Origin: a virus | DNA length: 64,000 nt | Virus record (IMG/VR): IMGVR_UViG_3300029305_002311 | Direction: 5' to 3' (one strand) | In this document: positions 8,824 to 18,445 of the stretch, piece by piece | Layout: every line of letters starts with the position of its first letter | How positions within the stretch are numbered: the first letter of the stretch is position 1 | Made by a program: the position numbers and the translations under genes | Notes under the pieces: generated by a model | Database searches by the model: none | What the model was told of the DNA's origin: nothing | Seen by the model: the letters and a program-made list of their open reading frames with translations, nothing else

Positions 8824-8883
8824 ATGATTGTCTCCTTTCCTAAATTATTAGTGTAAAGATAACTGATAGAGTAGACTATTTAA

Positions 8884-9102
8884 TTATTCTTCAGTAGGAG
8901 CTTCTATAGACTCTTCTACTTCTTTTTCTTCAAGTTTTAGAAATACTCCACCAAAGTCTCCATTTTCATCTAATAGTTTTTCTAGTTTTAATTCTTTATT
9001 CTCTTCTTGAGATTTGTTAAAGATTTCTTCTAATAAGATTTTTTCTGAATCATCTAATCTATTGATTAGCATTTTAGAATTTGATTTTATTTCAGCATAC
9101 AT
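8884..9102 (-). CDS. Small hypothetical protein
   Basis: ORF. Confidence 0.5.
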   Translation of the reverse strand: MYAEIKSNSKMLINRLDDSEKILLEEIFNKSQEENKELKLEKLLDENGDFGGVFLKLEEKEVEESIEAPTEE

Positions 9103-9284
9103 TATTCAATTTCCTCCTTTATACTAAAAGCTATACCTGATTTTTCTCCTTCTATATTATACAAAGTTTCTGCAGAGACTCCATGAATCTCTGCATTCTC
9201 TATAAATTTTAGAAGTTCTTCTTTTTCATTCTTGTGTATCATTGTATTAACTATTAGTTTATCATCTTTTATATGAGCTTGCAT
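9102..9284 (-). CDS. Small hypothetical protein
   Basis: ORF. Confidence 0.5.
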   Translation of the reverse strand: MQAHIKDDKLIVNTMIHKNEKEELLKFIENAEIHGVSAETLYNIEGEKSGIAFSIKEEIE

Positions 9285-9295
9285 CTTAGTCCTCC

Positions 9296-10783
9296 TTATT
9301 TATAAACTGAAGTTGATACATATCCATATCTTCCAGTTGCTGGAACATATATGTAATCTACTGTAGTAGAAACGTTTTGTAATATTTTAACTTGTGTGTT
9401 AGCTAAATAAGTATATCTAGTTCCGCTTAAACTTGATTTAGAGTAAATGTATGTGTATGTAGTTCTAAATTTCTTATATTGTCCTACTGTATTTGTTATT
9501 GCTGGAGTAGATGTATTTGCTTGTTCTTTGTAAGCAACTACTTCTACATAAGCATATCTTCCAGTAGCTGGTACATATATTCTATCTACATTAGCATTTA
9601 CATTCTCTAATATTTTAACTGTAGTGTTTGGTAAATATGTATATTCTGTTCCAGATAAATTAGACTTAGAATATAAAGTAGTAGTTGATTTTAATTTTCT
9701 AGTTTGTCCTACTGTAGATGTTGTAGGTTTAGTAGCTTCTCCTACTCTTACATAATCATCTATTACCCATTCATTAGTTCCAATTCTGTACCATCCATTT
9801 ACAGTTTCATATATTGTAACTTTATTTCCATTATACAAACTTCTTACATATGAATAATTTGTTCCAGGTCCTCTTCTAACGTTTAAGCTAGAATTTACAC
9901 TTACTACACCAGTTTTTGGAGTGTCTGGTACTGGAGTAGGTGCTGGAGTATCTGGAGTTGTTGGTTCTACTGGTTTAGCTTCATTAGCTTTAAATCCAAA
10001 CCATGCTCCTGAGTTAGCATAAGCTTTAAAGTTAGCTATAGAGCAATTTATTGTGTTTCCGTCTAAAGTAACTTTTCCACCTCTATTACCGTAGTTGAAT
10101 TTTCCACTATAGTTATATGGGTCAAATATTTTTAAAGTACTTCCTTCTATATCATATATTACTATGAAGTGTCCTCCTGTAGTAAATAATCCAGGTCCGC
10201 AACTTACTACTACATAGTAACCATCTCTTACTAATTGTATAGCATCGTTTACATTCCATACTCTTTTAAATGGAATATCAAATCTGTTTGCAGTCCATTG
10301 AAAAGCAGAAAAATAAGTTCCGTCATTAGCTGAACGATAACCATATTTTACATATAAGTCTCCCATTTCATCTGGATAGATTGTTCCTTTTATTGAGCTT
10401 ACTATCATTGCTGAACAAGTAGGCCCACATCCTGAAGAACCAATTGTTTGAGAAGCTTTTCCTATAGCAGTGTATGGATGATTTTTCCATCTGCTATCTG
10501 TTTGAGAATAATAAACTGGAGTTTCGTTTACTGCTCCTACTATGAAATCTTCTTCACTTGGAGCTGCTCCAGATATAAACTCTGGATTTTCTTCTAAGAA
10601 TCCTTCAACTTCTACTGCTGATTCCATATCTTCTGCAGTTCCAGTTGGTTCTGGTATCTCTATTGTAGAGACTTGTTCTATTATATTTTCTTCTACTGGT
10701 TTATCTCCCATTTTTACAAATGAGAAAACTAATCCAAAAATTATAGCTATTGCAAATAGTGCTATGAGTAATTTCTTTTTCAT
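9296..10783 (-). CDS. Probable endolysin/secreted lysin: signal/TM segment, C39-like cysteine peptidase domain, bacterial SH3 domain, two C-terminal Tyr-rich repeats
   Basis: YYSQTDSRWKNHPY...GSSGCGPTCSAMI...GHFIVIYDI...FDPYN; SH3b VNSSLNVRRGPGTNYSYVRSLYNG; repeats TYLPNTTVKILENVNANVDRIYVPATGRY. Confidence 0.8.
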   Translation of the reverse strand: MKKKLLIALFAIAIIFGLVFSFVKMGDKPVEENIIEQVSTIEIPEPTGTAEDMESAVEVEGFLEENPEFISGAAPSEEDFIVGAVNETPVYYSQTDSRWKNHPYTAIGKASQTIGSSGCGPTCSAMIVSSIKGTIYPDEMGDLYVKYGYRSANDGTYFSAFQWTANRFDIPFKRVWNVNDAIQLVRDGYYVVVSCGPGLFTTGGHFIVIYDIEGSTLKIFDPYNYSGKFNYGNRGGKVTLDGNTINCSIANFKAYANSGAWFGFKANEAKPVEPTTPDTPAPTPVPDTPKTGVVSVNSSLNVRRGPGTNYSYVRSLYNGNKVTIYETVNGWYRIGTNEWVIDDYVRVGEATKPTTSTVGQTRKLKSTTTLYSKSNLSGTEYTYLPNTTVKILENVNANVDRIYVPATGRYAYVEVVAYKEQANTSTPAITNTVGQYKKFRTTYTYIYSKSSLSGTRYTYLANTQVKILQNVSTTVDYIYVPATGRYGYVSTSVYK

Positions 10784-11121
10784 TATTTAGTACCTCCTTC
10801 TACTGGTTTTTGATAGTCTAAAAGTTCTTTTACTTCATCGAATGCTTTTTGTATAAAGTTATTTAAATATTTCTTAATAATATTACATGGTATTATTAGC
10901 TTGATATAAGCTGGTAAAAATGAATAAACATAGTCTATAGCAAATATCATTTTTTCTTGTCCTTCTTCAGTTTTAAATTCTTGCTCTGCTTTTAGTATTG
11001 CTTCTAAAGCTGTCTGACGAAGTCCTTTAGTTTTGCTTGACTTTATCATATAGATTATAAAGCAAACACATGCTGCAACTACTATTGATAAAGGTAGCCA
11101 ATTAGCTTGTAGCCATTCCAT
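10783..11121 (-). CDS. Putative holin (LLH family-like), N-terminal TM plus amphipathic C-terminus
   Basis: LPLSIVVAACVCFIIYMIKS; adjacent to lysin. Confidence 0.55.
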   Translation of the reverse strand: MEWLQANWLPLSIVVAACVCFIIYMIKSSKTKGLRQTALEAILKAEQEFKTEEGQEKMIFAIDYVYSFLPAYIKLIIPCNIIKKYLNNFIQKAFDEVKELLDYQKPVEGGTK

Positions 11122-11148
11122 ATTATCAACCTCCTTCTATAAAAATTT

Positions 11149-11928
11149 CTATAAACTAAGCAATGTTTCCATTACTTTTTGTTTATCTTTGAAAACTCTA
11201 TCTACTATGTCTGGTCTTGATTTTTCTCTTTTATTATATTCTATACATACAAATCCAACTATAAGTCCTTCTTTATTATGTATAGCCATTCCATATTTAG
11301 CTTCTACTCCTCTATCTCTTAAAAACTCATACATACTAGTATCTATTCCCTGCATATCTTCAAAGTTATCTATATAGCAGAATCCTGTATCATTTATTTC
11401 TTTTGTAAAGAAAGATAAAGCACTTCTAAATTGGTCTCTAAAAGTAGATATTATCGGTTTTACTCCTAATTGAACTTGTTCATTAGTCATTGACATTTTT
11501 AAGAATGATTGTCTATTTACTCCTTTTCCACCATTGTGATATTGAACTAAGCTGCATCTGCTAGCATCAGTTGTTATTAACATCTCTTGTAATTGTTTAT
11601 CTATTTCTTCTGCTACTTTAGTTAGTCTATGATTTTCTTCTGGTGTAGGTCCTGTATGATTAACTCCATTAAGAACTGTTTGAATTAATAGTTCCATGTT
11701 CTTAGCTTGTTGTTCTTGGTATTCTTTTAATTGATTTTGTAATAACTCAAACATAGAAGCATATTTATCTTCTATTACTTTATCTTTATTATCTATCTTC
11801 TTGTCTTTCTTGTCTGCATCTGTTTGAGTTCTTTTAAAATAAAACCATGCCATTGACACTACTAAAATAGCGCAAAGTCCTAAAATCCCAATCTCTAAGT
11901 AAGCTTTACTAGCTTCTAACCATTCCAC
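11149..11928 (-). CDS. Membrane-anchored coiled-coil protein with GAF-like C-terminal domain
   Basis: N-terminal TM, coiled coil, CSLVQYHNGG...GMAIHNKEGLIVGFVCIEY. Confidence 0.45.
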   Translation of the reverse strand: MEWLEASKAYLEIGILGLCAILVVSMAWFYFKRTQTDADKKDKKIDNKDKVIEDKYASMFELLQNQLKEYQEQQAKNMELLIQTVLNGVNHTGPTPEENHRLTKVAEEIDKQLQEMLITTDASRCSLVQYHNGGKGVNRQSFLKMSMTNEQVQLGVKPIISTFRDQFRSALSFFTKEINDTGFCYIDNFEDMQGIDTSMYEFLRDRGVEAKYGMAIHNKEGLIVGFVCIEYNKREKSRPDIVDRVFKDKQKVMETLLSL

Positions 11929-11940
11929 TAAATTTACCTC

Positions 11941-12168
11941 CTACTTATCTGTTAATTCTATGAATAAGTCTATTTTGTCTTCGTAACGTAGTATTCTGTC
12001 TTCTACTTGTTCCCAACGAGCATTTCCTGCAGCTTTTCTTTCTTCAAATTTAGCAATATAAGTTATTTCTATTGCTATATTAACAATGATAAGTACTGCT
12101 AACACTAATAAATTTAGCATAATAAATTTATTTACAGAATCTAATTCTTTAAATCTCTTTAATTTCAT
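11941..12168 (-). CDS. Small single-TM protein, lysis cassette
   Basis: KFIMLNLLVLAVLIIVNIAIEITYIA. Confidence 0.5.
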   Translation of the reverse strand: MKLKRFKELDSVNKFIMLNLLVLAVLIIVNIAIEITYIAKFEERKAAGNARWEQVEDRILRYEDKIDLFIELTDK

Positions 12169-12212
12169 AAACCATTCTCCTTTATTGTTTCTTCCTAATG
12201 TTATATATAAAT

Positions 12213-12236
12213 AGAGAGCAATTTGAATTGCTCTCT
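12213..12236 (-). terminator. Hairpin terminator/attenuator
   Basis: AGAGAGCA..TGCTCTCT followed on minus by ATTTATATAT. Confidence 0.6.
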
Positions 12237-12245
12237 GAATTGATT

Positions 12246-12452
12246 CTAGGCTTCTTCTCCACTAATCTCTATGGCTAATCTAGTAAGTTCATCTATTTGT
12301 TCTGGAGTTATTGCTCCCATATTAGGAATATTTTCTATTAGCTGTGAGTACTGTCTAAAAGGTATATTTGTTTCTTGTCCAGTTTTATCTAGTTCTCCCT
12401 TTAGTACTTTCTTTAACTCAATTAAGTGTGTTAGTTTGTCTGGAATTGCCAT
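12246..12452 (-). CDS. Short paralog carrying only the fibre N-terminal module (LTHLIELKKVLKGELDKTGQ...FRQYSQLIENI)
   Basis: Similarity to N-termini of the neighbouring LRR proteins. Confidence 0.6.
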   Translation of the reverse strand: MAIPDKLTHLIELKKVLKGELDKTGQETNIPFRQYSQLIENIPNMGAITPEQIDELTRLAIEISGEEA

Positions 12453-12455
12453 GAA

Positions 12456-12671
12456 TTATACCTCCTCACCATTTATATTTATTGTTTGACTCATTAAATC
12501 ATCTAGAGTACCTTGAGAAATTGAGTTATCTTTATATAATTTAGCTATCTGCTCATGATACTCATCGAACGGAGCATCTTCTGTTAAATTTCCTCCAACT
12601 TTATTAATTGAGTCTCTTATTTTATTTTTAGTTTCTTCTAAATAAATTAGTCTTTGTTCTACTCCATTCAT
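12456..12671 (-). CDS. Short paralog carrying only the fibre N-terminal module (LIYLEETKNKIRDSINKVGG...PFDEYHEQIAKL)
   Basis: Same N-terminal module. Confidence 0.6.
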   Translation of the reverse strand: MNGVEQRLIYLEETKNKIRDSINKVGGNLTEDAPFDEYHEQIAKLYKDNSISQGTLDDLMSQTININGEEV

Positions 12672-12682
12672 ATTTTACCTCC

Positions 12683-14299
12683 TTAATAGCTCCAGCCAGC
12701 TGCTGTTATTTCTGATAGTCTATTACTATATCTATCACTTGTTATATTAGACCCATAAAATGGGCTATTATAAGAACTTCTATTAAATGTTTTATATGAG
12801 CTTGATGTTATATTACTGTTTAAGGCCATATTAATTATATTATGTATAGATGCAGTAGACAAATTATTACAAAAGTTAAATGAATTACACATTGATTTAA
12901 CATTTTTTGTATACCATTGAGGCACAGTAACTAAATTATAGCAGCTACTGCATATCATGTTCATATCTGTTAAGTTATCAGTAAAATTAAAATTAGGCAA
13001 ACTAGTTATCATATTGCATGCTCCAAACATATCTGATGCATTTCTAACTTTGCTTAAATCAAAGTTAGGTATGTTGTTAAGACTTCTACAAAAACAAAAC
13101 ATGCTATTTGTATATAATGCATTACTAGTATTAAAATTAGGTACAGAAGCTAGATTATTACAGTAATAAAATAAACTTGTAAAGCTATACACATTACCTG
13201 TATCAAAATTAGGAACTGTTGTTAGATTATTACAACCCCAAAACATAGTATTTAAAGATTTAGCATTTGATAAGTTAAAGTTTGGAACTGAAGCTAACAT
13301 ATTACAGTTAATAAATGCAGTGTTAAAGCATTCTATGTTTGAAGTATCGAAGTTTTGAACTGATGCTATGCTACTATTTCTAAACATGTTAGACATATTC
13401 GTAAGATTTGTAAAATTTAGATTAACAGGTATGTGACTATGTTTATAATTTAAAAATAAGTTACAGCCATTAGTTACTAATGATAAATCTATGTTTGATA
13501 CAATAGGTTGTAAATTACATAGCGTTACTTTTAAAGCATTTTTAGCATACACTCCCGATAAGTTAACATCTGTAGTTCCAATGATTGTACCTTTATTGCT
13601 GTATAGCAATGCTGAGTTTAATGTGTCTTTATTAGCCACATTTAGTTGAGTATTTGCTAGCCCCCATCCATTATTATATTCATATATTCCATCAAAACAT
13701 ATATTAATATTAGTGCAAAGAAAATGTTTTATTATATTAAAATAACTTGGGTTTGGGCTATTTTGTATATTTATGTTAGTTCTGTTCACAAAATAATCTA
13801 AGTCGTCCACCGAGTCTGCGTATGTATAATGAATTCCATCAGTACTCTCAAAGTAAAACCTTTTGTTAGCTAGTTTAGTCTCTCTAAAGTCTATTCTCAC
13901 ATAATTAGGAGAGTAAAATACTCCAAGAGCATTTGTATTAGTTCCTGCAGATACTTCATATTCATCTATAATAGGCTCAGGTAGTGTAACCGAATAAGGC
14001 ATATATAAACTAGACATTACTCCTGTATCTGTTATTGGAGTAGCATAATTATTATACACAATAGCTATGTCTCCTATGTTTGATACTTCATGTTGATTCA
14101 TTTCTTCTTTGCTCTTAAACCAGAATATATTTGAATCTAAACTAGAAGATATGTTTTCAATCTTAGTAGCATAGCTTCTAAAGGGGTCATTATCATTTAT
14201 GGTCTGCCCTTTACTTATAATAGATTGTTTTATCTGTCTTTTAGTTTCATCAAGATAATTTAGATTGTCTACTAAATCTTGCGTGCTATAAGCGCTCAT
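12683..14299 (-). CDS. BspA-like LRR tail fibre/adhesin
   Basis: Fibre N-terminal module; repeated NFxTxNxxxxxxMFxxCxNLxxVP units; C-terminal SYxNRLSEITAAGWSY. Confidence 0.85.
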   Translation of the reverse strand: MSAYSTQDLVDNLNYLDETKRQIKQSIISKGQTINDNDPFRSYATKIENISSSLDSNIFWFKSKEEMNQHEVSNIGDIAIVYNNYATPITDTGVMSSLYMPYSVTLPEPIIDEYEVSAGTNTNALGVFYSPNYVRIDFRETKLANKRFYFESTDGIHYTYADSVDDLDYFVNRTNINIQNSPNPSYFNIIKHFLCTNINICFDGIYEYNNGWGLANTQLNVANKDTLNSALLYSNKGTIIGTTDVNLSGVYAKNALKVTLCNLQPIVSNIDLSLVTNGCNLFLNYKHSHIPVNLNFTNLTNMSNMFRNSSIASVQNFDTSNIECFNTAFINCNMLASVPNFNLSNAKSLNTMFWGCNNLTTVPNFDTGNVYSFTSLFYYCNNLASVPNFNTSNALYTNSMFCFCRSLNNIPNFDLSKVRNASDMFGACNMITSLPNFNFTDNLTDMNMICSSCYNLVTVPQWYTKNVKSMCNSFNFCNNLSTASIHNIINMALNSNITSSSYKTFNRSSYNSPFYGSNITSDRYSNRLSEITAAGWSY

Positions 14300-14893
14300 C
14301 TACTCACCTCCGTCACTTATTTCCTCTATATTTCTAATTATAAAATCTTTTATTTCTTCTTTCTCTATCCCAAACTCTTTAAGCCCTATTGGCTCTTTCT
14401 CCATTTTCTTGGTACATACATTCTTGATTATACCTATATCACTTTGGTAGCTTAAGAATAGTCCTGAAAATTCATGCTCTTCATCAACAAAGTCTAGCCT
14501 CATCATTCCAAGAACTTTGTTACTGTCTATTAATAAATCATTATTATCAAATTTTATCTCATGTCCGAAAAGTTTATTTTGTAGCCAAGTCTCTATTCTA
14601 CTAGCTAACTCTTCTATAAAGTTTGAGTGTTTATCATAATGACCTAAGACTATATCTCCTGGAAATACCACTATGCATCCACCACAGTGCTGAGTATTTA
14701 CTAATTCTATGTTTTGATTTTTACAATATTGTTTATTAAAATTAGTTCCAGGATTATATATAGCTTTTGGTCTATCTGACAAGTTCTCTATAACTAAATT
14801 GTTATAGAGAATTGTTTTATTTTCTTTATATGAATTTATGTTTTCTTTAAAGTACTTTTCATACTCACTAAGTTCTATCTCTTTTATTAGCAT
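14300..14893 (-). CDS. Putative lipoate/biotin-protein-ligase-fold protein (LplA/BPL-like)
   Basis: NIELVNTQHCGGCIVVFPGDIVLG ... NNDLLIDSNKVLGMMR ... KKMEKEPIGLKEFGIEKEEIKDFI resembles LplA motif order. Confidence 0.45.
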   Translation of the reverse strand: MLIKEIELSEYEKYFKENINSYKENKTILYNNLVIENLSDRPKAIYNPGTNFNKQYCKNQNIELVNTQHCGGCIVVFPGDIVLGHYDKHSNFIEELASRIETWLQNKLFGHEIKFDNNDLLIDSNKVLGMMRLDFVDEEHEFSGLFLSYQSDIGIIKNVCTKKMEKEPIGLKEFGIEKEEIKDFIIRNIEEISDGGE

Positions 14894-14904
14894 ATTTTAC
14901 CTCC

Positions 14905-17900
14905 TTAATATGTCCATCCTGCAGATACTATCTCAGACAGTCTATTTGAGTAGTAGCTTTGGTCATAAATAGTGTTACTAAATGGTGAGTAACTATTTCT
15001 GTTATTAAAATTCATGTATGTTGAATTATTTACTGCACTATTTAAAGCCATGTTTATGATATTGTGTATTGTTGAATTAGATAAATTATTACAACAATTT
15101 GCAAATTGATACATTTCTATAGTTGATGAAGTGTTATACTGAGGTATATCAGTAATATTTGTACACCCATCAAACATGTTATCGTAGTCTTGAATATTAC
15201 TAGTGTTTGTAAAATGAGGAGCAATTACAAGGTTACAATTTGTAAACATATTTGCAACAGACTCACAACTTTCTAAGTCATAATTAGGAACTGATTTTAA
15301 GTTAGTACATCCATAAAACATTCTATTTAAATGTACTCCTTTATTAGTAATAAAATTTGGACCTACTTTAATATTAGTACACTCTGTGAACATTCCTAAA
15401 AATCCGTTAGAGTTTGAAGTGTTATAGTTAGATATATTTGATATATCTACTAAATTACTACAATTAGCAAACATATTATACATCATTCTTACATTTTCTG
15501 TGTTTAATACCGGAGCATTAGCTAATGTAGTACAACCAGAAAACATATACCCCATTGTATTTACTTTTGAAGTATCTAAATTAGGAATGTATATTAAATT
15601 TGTGCATCCTTGAAACATTCCGTATGAACTTTTTAAATTACTGAAGTTATAATTAGGTATAGTAGTTAAGTTATTGCAATACTGGAACATTCCATACGCA
15701 TTAATTACATTACTAAAGTCATACTCAGGTAGATTAATAAGATTATAGCAGTGGTCAAATATTAACTGTGCATTTTTTATATTAGTTGTGTTTGAATTTT
15801 TTACTGAAGTCATGTTAAAACAGTTTTCATACAATCTATAAATAGAATCTACTTTTGAATAATTTATTGTGTTAAATATATCAAGACTTTCACCAACTTC
15901 ATCTTCTCTATCAGACAATAAATATGATAAATTAGTAAAGTTAGATAAATCTAAATTAGTCATTAATTCTAAGCTACAATTAGCAAATATTCCATAAAAG
16001 TTATCTAGCACAGTATAGTTTATAGCTGAAATATCTTTTAAGTTCATACATCCGCTTAAACATGCTTCTATAATTAGGACTAGTATTTAGTGCTAAGTCG
16101 TAATTTAAAGCTGGAACAGCTTCTAGGCTTGTGCAATTTGAAAACATAAATGCCATGTCATTCATTTTTGAAGTGTTATAACTAGGTACGACTTTTAAAT
16201 TAGTACAGTTAGCAAACATTGAAGAAGCACCGATGGCATTGTTTGTATTAAAGCTTGGAGCTTCTACTAAGTTATTACAATTAGCAAATGTGCTAGAAAA
16301 TCTAAGTACGTTTGCAGTATCAAAGTTAGGTACTGAAGTTAGATTAGTGCATCCTTGAAACATATAGCTCATATTATTTACTTTACTAGTATTGAAATTT
16401 GGTACTGTATTTAAGTTATTACAATAGCCAAACATTGTGCCAGTAGAAGTTAAATTAGAGAAATTGAAATTAGGTACAGTTCTTAAATTATAACAGTTTG
16501 TAAATAAACTACCAGCATAGTAAAGTTTTGAAAAATTAAAATTAGGTACTGAAGTTAGATTAGTACATCCTGAAAATGTTGCTATTGCATTAGTTACATT
16601 TATAGTATTAAAGTTAGGTACTGAAGTTAATTTTGTGTCGAATGTAAACATTCTATTTATAGTTGTAGCTTTACTCATATTGAAATTAGGTACTGAAGTT
16701 AAATTAGGACAATTATGCAAAAAGCTTTCAAATATATTCATGTTGGATGTATTAAAGTTAGGTACTGTCTTTAAATTAAGACACCCATTAAACATGCTTT
16801 CTGAGTTAGTTACTTTGTAAAGATTAAAATTTGGCACATTCTTTAACCCTTTGCAATTAGAAAACATTCTAGCAGTGTTTGTGCTGTTTCTTAAATCGAA
16901 ATTTGGTATTGTTTCTAAACTTTCGCATCCTTGAAACATTTCTATGGTGTTCTTAACAGTGTATAAATTAAAGTTTGGCACTGAAGCTAAGCTTTTACAA
17001 CCATAGAACATTCCGTATGTATATACATTCACATTAAATGTGAAATTAGGTATTGAAGTTAGATTAGTACAGTAGCCAAAAGTATAGCAGAAATTAAGTA
17101 CTCCTGCTGTGTTAAAGTTTGGCACAGATGTTAGACTAATACATCCATTAAACATTCTATGCATATTATTTACTTTGCTAGTATTAAAATTTGGAACAAA
17201 CAATAAGTTGTTACAAGCTACAGTTTCATGTGTTTTTAAATCAGTTATGCCTCCAAACATATAAGCCATGTTAGTAACATTAGATGTATCGAAGTTAGGT
17301 ATAGTCATTACATATTCATTTCCAATAAACATGTTACTGCAATCATTAATTGACCCAGTAGTTATTCCATTAGTAGTACCCATATATAAGTTTATTATAT
17401 CTTTTACATTTTGTATGTCTGTTTCTGTATATTTAGTATAAGAAGCTAATGTTCCTTCTTGAACTCCATGTCTACTGTAAAAAACTCCTTTATTCAACAC
17501 ATCTTTTGCTTTTGCATTATGTTGAGTATATAAAGGACTCCATAAAGTCTTTGAATTTAATATATAGTTAACATGAGGTATATTATTAGCTATTTTCCAG
17601 TCTATGTCATTATATGTAGAAATTAATTGCTCATACATCTGTTCTTCTATAAGTGGTCCTACCATTGGATAGACTATGCCACCAAGTCCCCAATCATCTA
17701 TATATTCTTCAGCACTAAATCCATAAAGTCTATAAGTATCAGGACTATTGATTATACTTCTATACTCTATTTTAATTGGAATATTACCAAACTCAATATC
17801 ATTTTGAAAAGTCATGTTTAGTAAAGCATTATTTGCTTTTGCTAAGTTAAATGTAAAATTCTTAATAGGGTATATTAAATCAATACCATCTGCATTAGCG

Positions 17901-18358
17901 CTAAAATATATTTGGTCAATGTCCAAATCACTATAAAAATTTTCTATATCTACAGCTGTATTTATTGGTTTAACTATAGACAAATTAGCTATCTTAAGAT
18001 TAAAAACTGCTGGAAATATATCACTATCATTAGTAAGAGACGTATAGTACATGTTTGGTATAAATATACCTCCAAAACTATCATTTGAAGTATTATACAC
18101 CACTCCTATGTCTCCGTCATTGGCAGTGCTTTTAACCATGTCTTCTGCATTACTATAAAGATGAATGTTACTATAAGAAGCTTCTCTTGCTTTTCCAGTT
18201 CCCTGAATGTTAGAAATCTTAGCTGCATAACTTCTAAAAGTGTCATCATCTTTTATTTCTTGTCCTTTATTAGTTATAGCCTGTCTTATTAAGTTTTTGG
18301 TTTCATTTAAATAATTTAAGTTATCTATTAAATCTTGAGGGGTATTTGTGTTTGACAT
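14905..18358 (-). CDS. BspA-like LRR tail fibre/adhesin, ~1150 aa if +1 recoded at CGG (16052-16054); the track reports it as two ORFs (16001..18418 and 14905..16047)
   Basis: Two overlapping frames of one LRR protein; junction reads SMFK-GCMNLKDIS after +1; ends SNRLSEIVSAGWTY like its paralogs. Confidence 0.85.
16049..16057 (-). promoter_or_regulatory. Putative +1 recoding site AAG-CGG-ATG
   Basis: CGG codon in frame with 18358; skipping C16054 gives GGA TGT ATG in frame with 16047. Confidence 0.75.
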
Positions 18359-18400
18359 TTTGTCCTCCTCTCTGGTATCTATTCTCCTATTTAAATATAT

Positions 18401-18430
18401 AAAAATAGAGCAAACCATCTGGTTTGCTCT
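18401..18430 (-). terminator. Intrinsic terminator/attenuator
   Basis: AGAGCAAACC-AGAT-GGTTTGCTCT followed by ATTTTTATATATTT on minus. Confidence 0.8.
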
Positions 18431-18445
18431 CTAAAGTATTGTTTA

